DNA of 12,320 bases from Actinomycetes bacterium. Lineage in GTDB: Bacteria > Actinomycetota > Actinomycetes > JAKEEW01. Position numbers and translations under genes: made by a program. The DNA lies in the NCBI GenBank assembly GCA_035263265.1, contig DATFRM010000179.1, positions 1 through 12,320 of the forward strand, written 5' to 3'. Positions 1-6,130 of this stretch are shown one piece after another; positions within the stretch are counted from its first letter, which is position 1, and each line of letters opens with the position of its first letter. The notes beneath the pieces were generated by a model that did not search any database, was not told the DNA's origin, and saw nothing but the letters and a program-made list of their open reading frames with translations.

Positions 1-1467
1 CGAGCACTGTTCGATCGGCTCGGTGTGTTTCCGGCCGACTTCGACTACGACGCCGTCCAATCGGTCGCTGGGGCCGACCACGGTGAGACGACCATCATCG
101 AACTGTTGCCGCGACTGGTGGACAAGTCCCTTGTATCGACGATGGGCCGGGAGACTCGGCGCTATCGGCTGCTCGAGACGATCCGAGCGTACGCGGCCGA
201 ACGGCTCGCTGCGGCGGGAGTGGAGTCGACGACCCGCCGCCGGCACGCCAGCTACTACGTCGCCGTTGCCGAATACGCGGCCCACCAGTTGATGAGCTCG
301 GACCAGCGCGTGTGGTTCGACCGGCTCTCCGCCGAGCAGCCGAACCTGCGGGCCGCGCTGAGCTACAGCATCACTGCCGGTGACCTCGAATCCGCGTGGC
401 GTCTGATCGCCGCACTTGCGCGATTCTGGGAGTTCACCGGGCAACGCCACGAGGCGAACGAGTGGATCCAGCGAACGCTGGCCCTGGGCGACCCGCCCGG
501 TACGCCGGCAGCAGTGGCCGGGCTTGCCGCGGCCAGCGAGCTTCTGAATCCTCTCGACTCGGGTACCGCATTCAATCTGGCCAGGCAGGCGGCGCACCTG
601 GCGACCGACCTCGACGACCTCTCCCGAGCCAAGGCAGCGCTGGCGCTGGGAATGAGCGCGGACTGGTTCCAACCTGAGCTCGTCCGATCCGCATTGCACG
701 AGGCGCTAACCCGGTTCGGAGATGATCATCTGTGGGAGCGAGCTCTTACCATGCAAGGGCTTGCCCTCACCTCCCAGGTGCTGAGTGAGTCCCTGCAATG
801 GGGGCGAGACAGCGTGGCGTTGTTCCGTAGCGTCGGCGATCAGATGTACGCGGCCAACACGCTGTTCATCATGGCGCAACGGTCGATGTTCTTCGGCGTC
901 GGCGATGCCGAGGTGCGCGGGTGGCTCACCGAAAGCCGCGAACTAGCCGAGGCTGCAGATAGCGAGGTCGACTCCATCCACGCCACCGTCGGCTTCGCGC
1001 AGCTGGCGTGGCTGCGCGGGGAGCACGACCACGCCGCCGAGCTCATGCGGGAGTGCCTGCCCACGCTGCGCCGGCTCGGCGACCGGCGCTGCTCCGGCCG
1101 GGCACTGTTCGTGCTCGGCGAGAGCGCCCGGGTGAACGGGGAACTCGCCCGGGCCGAGGAACTCTTGCGCGCCAGTGTCGAATCCATCGCGCGCGCCGGG
1201 CGGTCCGCCGTGCTCCTGTGGGGGCTCGAGGCCCTGGCAGCCGTGTTCTCCACCCGAAGCGAGCTCTATACCGCGGCGGTACTTCTCGGTGTAGCGGACG
1301 GCGTGCGGAAGGCGGCCAGCGGCCATGTGCAATCTCTCGGGCCACCCGACGATCAGCTGTCCCGGCAGCTCACGCAAGCCCTGGGCCGCGATACCTTCGA
1401 TGCCGCCCACCGCGAGGGGGAACAACTGACTCCCATCCAGTGGCTCACGCGTGCGGGCCGACCGTAA
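1..1467 (+). CDS. C-terminal portion of a STAND (NB-ARC-like) NTPase regulator with TPR repeats (AfsR/SARP-like or LuxR/MalT-like large regulator). 5' end lies outside the window, so the gene is partial.
   Basis: Frame 1 is open from base 1 (RALFDRLGVFPADFDYDAV...), so the ORF track M at 25 is internal. The '...LVDKSLV...RYRLLETIRAYAAERL' segment is the characteristic winged-helix end of bacterial NB-ARC/STAND ATPases. It is followed by about 400 aa of Ala/Leu-rich repeats with TPR-like periodicity (ALSYSITAGDLESAWRLIAALARFWEFTGQRHEANEWIQRTL... LFVLGESARVNGELARAEELLRASV). TAA stop at 1465-1467. Confidence 0.6.
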   Translation, partial: RALFDRLGVFPADFDYDAVQSVAGADHGETTIIELLPRLVDKSLVSTMGRETRRYRLLETIRAYAAERLAAAGVESTTRRRHASYYVAVAEYAAHQLMSSDQRVWFDRLSAEQPNLRAALSYSITAGDLESAWRLIAALARFWEFTGQRHEANEWIQRTLALGDPPGTPAAVAGLAAASELLNPLDSGTAFNLARQAAHLATDLDDLSRAKAALALGMSADWFQPELVRSALHEALTRFGDDHLWERALTMQGLALTSQVLSESLQWGRDSVALFRSVGDQMYAANTLFIMAQRSMFFGVGDAEVRGWLTESRELAEAADSEVDSIHATVGFAQLAWLRGEHDHAAELMRECLPTLRRLGDRRCSGRALFVLGESARVNGELARAEELLRASVESIARAGRSAVLLWGLEALAAVFSTRSELYTAAVLLGVADGVRKAASGHVQSLGPPDDQLSRQLTQALGRDTFDAAHREGEQLTPIQWLTRAGRP

Positions 1468-2620
1468 CGGCGCCCAGGGTCAAGACCGGCTCGGCTTGCA
1501 TGACCGCACCCACTAGACCTACGTCGTCGTCGAGCTGCCGGCGTTGGGTTGCGGTGAGCTCATCGAACGGTTCCACGGTGATGGCAAGCCTCCGGCCGGA
1601 GCGCCGCTGGTGCCACACCCCACCGACCACGCCGTTGACCAGCAGCACCGGGTAGTTGCCCGCCTGCCCCGAAGGGGACAGCGCACGGGTCGCGGCCAGG
1701 CCTGGGAAGAGCCGTTGCCGGGGCTGACCGGCGATGACGAACGCATCGAAGTACGGCAGCAGGCGGATCCCGAGCGGTGGCTGGTACGAAGTCTCGGTGT
1801 CGCCGACCACCGTCCAGGCGGGCTGGCCGTCGAACTCGACGTACTCGAGGTCGCCGGCGAGCTTGTGGAACAGCTCCATCGAGCGCCGCGATGGGATGTT
1901 GAGCCACTTGGCGAAGTGCTGGGGCGTGGCGGGACCGTAGGCGAACAGGTAGCGAGCGACGAGGTCGCGCAACGCGGCATCGCCGTCGTCAGGACGGAAG
2001 CCGGGCAGCCATCGGTGCGGATTGGTGTAGGTCGCACTGCGGCCGCGGTTGGGCCCGAAACAGAGCACGCCCCGATGCGCGGCAGTGCTGGTCAATTGCC
2101 GCCAGCGCGGCCACTTGTCCTGAAACGCATCCATGGTCCGCTCCCCGGCCCACGAGCCGGTCCGCGCCACGATGGCGTCGGTCAGCTCGTCGACGGTCAG
2201 CTCCGCCCCCGCCAACGCGTCTCCGATGGCGGCGATGACCGCGTCGGCCTGCTCGGCGGTGAATCGGACCGGATCGGGGTGCAGGGGCACCGACGATGGG
2301 AGCGCAGAAAGGGCCCCGGTCCACATCGGCAGGTCGGCGGTGGGCAGCAGATGCACGGTTCCGCGCGGTCCGAACGTCTTGACCAGGGTGCGCTCATCCC
2401 AGAGCGCGCGCTGCACGTCGGCGCGGGTCGCCCCGGCGATCCGCCGCCCGAGCGACAGCTCGGCCGCGCTGAGGACCTGGGCGTGCGCTCCACACAGCGC
2501 CCGCGCGATCTCGGCGGGGCCGAAGTCCGCGACGGGTTCGGTCAACGCATTGCGGGCCATCCGCCGGGCCGCCACGCCGTCCCAGCCGAGCGAGGCCGTA
2601 GTCGTGGATCTACCGGTCAC
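1445..2620 (-). CDS. DUF1006 / YcaQ-AlkZ family winged-helix DNA-binding protein (putative DNA glycosylase for alkyl or interstrand-crosslink lesions)
   Basis: 391-aa ORF with diverse, protein-like composition. The opposite-strand ORF 1544-2683 is Gly/Arg-rich junk. N-terminus 'LGWDGVAARRMARNAL' and the H-A-Q tripeptide at 2477-2485 (ctgggcgtg on +, i.e. cac-gcc-cag on -) fit the (Q/H)-phi-Q catalytic motif described for AlkZ-like glycosylases. Length of about 390 aa is typical of the family. GTG start at 2620-2618, TGA stop at 1447-1445. Confidence 0.55.
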   Translation of the reverse strand: MTGRSTTTASLGWDGVAARRMARNALTEPVADFGPAEIARALCGAHAQVLSAAELSLGRRIAGATRADVQRALWDERTLVKTFGPRGTVHLLPTADLPMWTGALSALPSSVPLHPDPVRFTAEQADAVIAAIGDALAGAELTVDELTDAIVARTGSWAGERTMDAFQDKWPRWRQLTSTAAHRGVLCFGPNRGRSATYTNPHRWLPGFRPDDGDAALRDLVARYLFAYGPATPQHFAKWLNIPSRRSMELFHKLAGDLEYVEFDGQPAWTVVGDTETSYQPPLGIRLLPYFDAFVIAGQPRQRLFPGLAATRALSPSGQAGNYPVLLVNGVVGGVWHQRRSGRRLAITVEPFDELTATQRRQLDDDVGLVGAVMQAEPVLTLGAVTVGPHA

Positions 2621-2742
2621 GAACGCACATTCTGCCCAGCCGGACCGACACTCCGTCGAGGTGATCGGGCCCGGCAGACCTGATTTGCTGGCGGCCGGAC
2701 TCCGGTTGCTCCCGCCGGGGTCGGTCCAGGCATCATGGCCCG
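2621..2742. promoter_or_regulatory. Divergent intergenic region between the DUF1006 glycosylase-like gene (-) and the HIT gene (+)
   Basis: 122 bp between two divergent GTG starts. Neither start has a strong Shine-Dalgarno, so leaderless or weak-RBS expression is possible. No clear operator palindrome seen. Confidence 0.25.
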
Positions 2743-3180
2743 GTGCCCCTGGTCGTCCCGGTCGTCGATGCCTGCTCGTTCTGCGATTACCTCGCCGGCC
2801 GACGGCGTTTCACGATTCTGGAGCGGGACGACGTCACCGCCACGTTCGTAACCAGGGAGCAGCGTGGCCGGGGCCACCTCCTAGTGGTCCCGGTGGCGCA
2901 CCGGGAGACGATCTTGGAGCTCGCTCCGGCCGAGGCTAGCGCACTTATGGCTGGCGTGACCCGGGCGGTTGCTCTGGTCGCTCGTGCCTACGACGCCGCC
3001 GGGATCGCGGTCTGGCAGAACAACGGAGTGCCGGCGCATCAGAGCGTCCCGCACGTGCACTTCCACGTCGCTGCGACGTTGCCGGAAGGCGGGACGAACT
3101 GGGGATCGGTGCCGCGACTGAGCCTCGACGAGACCGACGCGATCGCCGCTCTGCTCCGGTCCCACCGGAATGACGCGTAA
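2743..3180 (+). CDS. HIT-family (histidine triad) nucleotide hydrolase/transferase
   Basis: 145 aa with N-terminal C-S-F-C (the CxxC of Hint-like proteins) and the histidine triad H-V-H-F-H-V at 3052-3069 (cac gtg cac ttc cac gtc). GTG start at 2743 and TAA stop at 3178-3180. Divergent from the DUF1006 gene. Confidence 0.8.
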   Translation: MPLVVPVVDACSFCDYLAGRRRFTILERDDVTATFVTREQRGRGHLLVVPVAHRETILELAPAEASALMAGVTRAVALVARAYDAAGIAVWQNNGVPAHQSVPHVHFHVAATLPEGGTNWGSVPRLSLDETDAIAALLRSHRNDA

Positions 3181-3203
3181 GCCCGAACAGCGTCGAGGCT
3201 TGA

Positions 3204-4184
3204 TCAGGCCGTGGCCGCGGTTGACTCCGGTTCGGCCGCTGCGAGCTCCGGCACTTCGGCCGGCATGGATACCTGGGCAGGGGGCGACGCCTCGGCCGGA
3301 CCCACGGCCTCGGGGGAACCCTCACCGGACGTTATTGCGTCGGGCGAGTCCTCGGCCGAAGCTAGCGCCTCGGTCGAGGTGGGCTCCTGCCTCGCCGCCG
3401 GCTTGGCGATCGCACCGGTGGCGTGCTCGAAGAACCGCAACATCTCGACCGGGAACGGCAGGACGAGCGTCGAGTTCTTCTCCGCGGCCACCTCGACAAT
3501 GGTCTGGAGCAAGCGCAGCTGGAGCGCAGCGGGCGATTGGGACATCACCTCGGCGGCCGCAGCCAGCTTCTGGGACGCCTGAAGCTCACCGTCGGCGGTG
3601 ATGATGCGCGACCGCCGCTCCCGCTCCGCCTCCGCCTGCCGCGACATCGACCGCTTCATCGATTCCGGCAGGGCGACGTCCTTGATCTCGACTCGATCTA
3701 TCTCGATGCCCCAGCTGATCGCCGGATTATCGATCATCAGCTCCAAACCCTCATTGAGCCGCTCCCGGTTCGACAGCAGGTCGTCCAGCTCGCTCTTGCC
3801 GATGATCGAACGCAATGACGTCTGCGCGACCTGCGATACGGCGAACTGGTAGTCCTGTACCTGGACCGTCGCCCGGACTGGATCATGCACCCGGAAGTAC
3901 ACGACCGCGTCGACCCGTACGGTGACGTTGTCCCGGGTGATGCCCTCCTGGGCCGGAATGGGCAACGTGACCAGCTGCATGTTGACCTTACGCAGCCGAT
4001 CCACCAGCGGCACGATCGTCGTGAGCCCGGGTGGACGTGGCGGCTCCTGCACCCGTCCGAGCCGGAACACGACCCCCTGCTCGAATTGACGGATGACCCG
4101 CGCGGTCAGCGAGAACCCCACGACAATGGCGCCCAGAACCAACAGCGCGAGCACGATAAGCAGTGCGAGCATGCCGACCTCCAT
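3204..4184 (-). CDS. SPFH/band-7 (stomatin/slipin-like) membrane protein with a disordered acidic Pro/Ala/Glu/Ser-rich C-terminal tail
   Basis: N-terminal hydrophobic segment (MLALLIVLALLVLGAIVVGF) is followed by the canonical stomatin core (QFEQGVVFRLGR...ITRDNVTVRVDAVVYFRV...AQTSLRSIIG...QAEAERERRSRIITADGE...ALQLRLLQTIVEVAAEKNSTLVLP). The ORF track extends to 4484, but the first 100 codons are Arg-rich and overlap the upstream ABM gene. The real start is ATG at 4184-4182 (MEVGM) or ATG at 4172-4170, which is preceded by GGAGG with a 5-nt spacer. TGA stop at 3206-3204. Confidence 0.85.
   Translation of the reverse strand: MEVGMLALLIVLALLVLGAIVVGFSLTARVIRQFEQGVVFRLGRVQEPPRPPGLTTIVPLVDRLRKVNMQLVTLPIPAQEGITRDNVTVRVDAVVYFRVHDPVRATVQVQDYQFAVSQVAQTSLRSIIGKSELDDLLSNRERLNEGLELMIDNPAISWGIEIDRVEIKDVALPESMKRSMSRQAEAERERRSRIITADGELQASQKLAAAAEVMSQSPAALQLRLLQTIVEVAAEKNSTLVLPFPVEMLRFFEHATGAIAKPAARQEPTSTEALASAEDSPDAITSGEGSPEAVGPAEASPPAQVSMPAEVPELAAAEPESTAATA
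3270..3370 (-). repeat. Three tandem ~30-nt (10-aa) imperfect coding repeats in the SPFH C-terminal tail (AEDSPDAITS / GEGSPEAVGP / AEASPPAQVS)
   Basis: Reverse-complement units gggcgacgcctcggc (about 3280), gggggaaccctcacc (about 3312) and gggcgagtcctcggc (about 3342) recur at roughly 30-nt spacing. They encode x-E-x-S-P-x-A repeats in the disordered tail. Confidence 0.5.
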
Positions 4185-4261
4185 AGTCAGCGCTACTACG
4201 AGCGTATGGCGCTCGAGACCGCCTCGACCACGTCCCCCGGTTCGGCTGGCAGTGTCTGGTC

Positions 4262-4298
4262 GGGCTCCGGCGCTGCCGCTCGGGCCGCGCCGGAGCCC
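4262..4298 (-). terminator. Perfect inverted repeat (12-bp stem GGGCTCCGGCGC / GCGCCGGAGCCC, 13-nt loop) between the ABM stop and the SPFH start. Candidate U-tract-less terminator, attenuator or mRNA-processing hairpin.
   Basis: Read directly: 4262-4273 gggctccggcgc and 4287-4298 gcgccggagccc are exact reverse complements. The hairpin begins 9 nt after the ABM TGA (4309-4307) and lies about 80 nt upstream of the SPFH ATG. No T-tract follows, which is common in high-GC actinomycetes. Confidence 0.4.
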
Positions 4299-4306
4299 CG
4301 GTGTGC

Positions 4307-4606
4307 TCAGAACAGGTTGTAGGAACCGACCACGGTCATGCGCTCGGCTACCGGTGGTCCGGCGAGCCAGGTCGGAAGGCTCGCCTGGAACTCCTTGAAC
4401 TCGACGACGGCCGGCAGCGGGTTCTCGATCCCATCCGCAACCTGCAGCAAGATCACGAACGCGTCCTCGTCGGCGAGCCGGCAAGAGGCATACCGGACCC
4501 CGTCCGGGTGTGCCTCCTCGATCGCGGAGAACATCGTGGTCACCGCGGCCTCAACCTCGGCGACGCTTTCGGGCTTTACCTTGGCGCGTAGCAGCAGCAC
4601 GCTCAT
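4307..4606 (-). CDS. ABM / Dabb-type (antibiotic biosynthesis monooxygenase-like) small alpha+beta-barrel protein, about 99 aa
   Basis: Sequence MSVLLLRAKVKPESVAEVEAAVTTMFSAIEEAHPDGVRYASCRLADEDAFVILLQVADGIENPLPAVVEFKEFQASLPTWL... has the size and pattern of ABM-domain proteins. The internal ATG (codon 37 of the track ORF) is preceded by AAGGA at about 9 nt. The TTG-initiated 36-codon extension is Arg-rich and would cross the divergent GNAT start. Start coordinate may be off by 1-2 nt. TGA stop at 4309-4307. Confidence 0.65.
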   Translation of the reverse strand: MSVLLLRAKVKPESVAEVEAAVTTMFSAIEEAHPDGVRYASCRLADEDAFVILLQVADGIENPLPAVVEFKEFQASLPTWLAGPPVAERMTVVGSYNLF

Positions 4607-4713
4607 GTCGGGTTGGTCCTTATCGTCTGGACATGTTTGTCGTCGCCGAGATGACCCGCCGCGGCGGCTAAGTGTGACCGGCCGATCGCCGTCGAAGAAG
4701 ACGGGAGCAGGCA
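4607..4713. promoter_or_regulatory. Divergent intergenic region between the ABM-SPFH unit (-) and the GNAT gene (+). Likely holds both promoters.
   Basis: About 107 bp, locally lower in GC (ggtccttatcgtctggacatgtttgtcg). Contains a short palindrome GACATGTTTGTC centred on ACATGT. GGGAG sits 7 nt upstream of the GNAT ATG. Confidence 0.3.
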
Positions 4714-5277
4714 ATGACCGAGCGGGACAAGGCGGATGGGCCGGCGCGTGACCGAATCACGATTCGGGCCGCAACAGCGAGTGACTGGCCGGGCATCTGG
4801 CGGTTCATGAGCGAGATCGTGGCGGCCGGCGAGACCTTCTCCTGGGATCCCGGGCTCGATGAGGGTGCGGCGCGCTCGCGCTGGATGCACAGCCCGCCCG
4901 CCCGGACGTTCGCGGCCGTCGATGCAAACGGTGCCGTCGTGGGCAGCGCGGAGATGGAGCAGAACCACGAGGGCCCCGGCTCGCATATAGCGACTGCAAG
5001 CTTCATGGTCGATCCTGCGCGCCACGGTCGCGGCATCGGGCGCGCCCTTTGCGCCCATACGCTCGAAATGGCGCGCGCCGATGGCTTCCGCGGGATGCAG
5101 TTCAACGCCGTCGCCCAGACGAACACCGTCGCGGTTGCCCTATGGCAGTCTCTGGGCTTCGAGATCCTCGCGACGATCCCCGAGGGATTCCACCACCCGA
5201 CTGCGGGCTACGTCGGGCTCCACGTCATGTACCAGCCGTTCGCCACCAACCCTCATGGAGGCGACGGGAGGAAGTAG
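4714..5277 (+). CDS. GNAT-family N-acetyltransferase
   Basis: 187 aa. Acetyl-CoA-binding motif R-H-G-R-G-I-G-R-A-L (Q/RxxGxG/A) and GNAT-like secondary-structure pattern. ATG start with GGGAG Shine-Dalgarno. Stop at 5275-5277. Confidence 0.8.
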   Translation: MTERDKADGPARDRITIRAATASDWPGIWRFMSEIVAAGETFSWDPGLDEGAARSRWMHSPPARTFAAVDANGAVVGSAEMEQNHEGPGSHIATASFMVDPARHGRGIGRALCAHTLEMARADGFRGMQFNAVAQTNTVAVALWQSLGFEILATIPEGFHHPTAGYVGLHVMYQPFATNPHGGDGRK

Positions 5278-5810
5278 CTCAGCACCCGCACCTTCCGGGC
5301 ATTTGGTGGTACGTCCTTGTCGTCACGACGCGTGTACGGGGCCAGGATCTGCTCGAGTTGGTCCTGGACTGCACGCAGTTCGTCGGCAGTAGCGGTGAAG
5401 CCGGCATTCAACATGCCAGCGGCGCGAGCCCAATCGAGTTCCAACCGTGGTTCATCCTGCGCGATCCAGCGGCGCGGCAGGTCGGCGTTCCGGCCGAGCA
5501 TTACGTTGCTGAGTGCGCGAGCTGCAGCGGCGGCGTCCGGCTCATCCGGTATCTCGAAGTAGATGCCCTTGCCCGCCGTCGTCCAGGCCTCCCCAGTCTC
5601 GATGACGAGGCCGTGCCCGGCCAGCTCGCGAAGCGCGTCCAGCGTCGTCGCAGGGTCAGCGCCGAGCCGGTCTGCGAGCGCAGCGACGGCAAGCGGCCCA
5701 TGCCTGCTGAGCTCCTCGAACAGCTCCAGCCGGCCTGGCTGTGCCATGGCACGCAGCCAAGCCGCATCAGTCAGTACTAGGTCTCCATAGTCATTGACCT
5801 CAGGGCCCAT
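5253..5810 (-). CDS. Winged helix-turn-helix (ArsR-like) transcriptional regulator with C-terminal extension, about 185 aa, no cysteines
   Basis: LRAMAQPGRLELFEELSRHGPLAVAALADRLGADPATTLDALRELAGHGLVIETGE resembles the ArsR/SmtB wHTH. The ATG at 5810-5808 is preceded by AAGGAGG with a 10-nt spacer. The track ORF extends to 6101, but that upstream part is Pro/Arg-rich and lacks a ribosome-binding site. The 3' end overlaps the GNAT gene by 25 nt. Confidence 0.6.
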   Translation of the reverse strand: MGPEVNDYGDLVLTDAAWLRAMAQPGRLELFEELSRHGPLAVAALADRLGADPATTLDALRELAGHGLVIETGEAWTTAGKGIYFEIPDEPDAAAAARALSNVMLGRNADLPRRWIAQDEPRLELDWARAAGMLNAGFTATADELRAVQDQLEQILAPYTRRDDKDVPPNARKVRVLSYFLPSPP

Positions 5811-6130
5811 CGGGCGGTGTCCTCCTTGGCGAGCAATTCGATCGCGGACACAGTTGACCATCTGATGTGGGGAAGCCGGAAGCCCTTGGCGCGGCGCACC
5901 GGCCACGAGGTTGGGACCGGAGGATTCGCGTTCCGGCCGCGCGGTCAGCGCCCCTCGGAATCCGGGCGAAGCCGCCGCCCGGGGTTTCAGGTTCGGGCTC
6001 GCTGGAGTTCTATGTTCGGGGACGGATGTCACCGCAGGGGCAACGCCGCTGCCTGTGTTAGGGGCAGCCGCAACCGTTCTGCGAGGAGATGCGAGCCGCA
6101 TTCAAGTCCCTGCGTTGATTGGGGTACGAG
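5811..6130. promoter_or_regulatory. 320-bp divergent intergenic region between the wHTH regulator (-) and the redoxin gene (+). Promoters plus probable operator for the regulator.
   Basis: No credible ORF in this stretch (all candidates are Arg/Gly-rich). Contains a small hairpin CCGGA-ggattcgcgt-TCCGG (about 5907-5926) and a GCTGCC-n9-GGCAGC inverted repeat (6048-6068) within a partial direct repeat GGGGCA..CCGC. A TTGACC hexamer lies at 5794-5799. Confidence 0.3.

Noticed and set aside
370-395. tcgaatcc motif resembling a tRNA T-loop
   Set aside because: It lies inside the coding frame of gene 1 (GDLESAWRL). No acceptor stem or anticodon arm can be built around it.
1544-2683. 379-aa plus-strand ORF opposite the DUF1006 gene
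   Set aside because: Gly/Arg/Pro-rich low-complexity translation. The minus-strand protein has balanced composition and family motifs.
3181-3203. GGCTTGATCAGGCC palindrome between the HIT and SPFH stops as a bidirectional terminator
   Set aside because: The palindrome has no loop (TGATCA centre), so it would be a poor RNA hairpin. Only 23 nt are available and there is no flanking T-tract.
4185-4484. 100-codon N-terminal extension of the SPFH ORF (track ORF 3204-4484)
   Set aside because: The extension is Arg-rich and overlaps the ABM gene. The hydrophobic membrane anchor begins at the internal ATGs (4184 or 4172), which have a GGAGG ribosome-binding site.
4714-5810. GNAT plus HTH as a type II toxin-antitoxin pair (TacT/AtaT-like)
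   Set aside because: GNAT toxin modules are co-directional, with a small RHH or HTH antitoxin gene immediately upstream. Here the two genes are convergent and the GNAT protein (187 aa) has a long N-terminal extension. More likely they are independent genes.
5811-6101. 97-codon N-terminal extension of the wHTH ORF
   Set aside because: Pro/Ala/Arg-rich with no ribosome-binding site. The internal ATG at 5810 has an AAGGAGG Shine-Dalgarno and starts directly at the wHTH domain.
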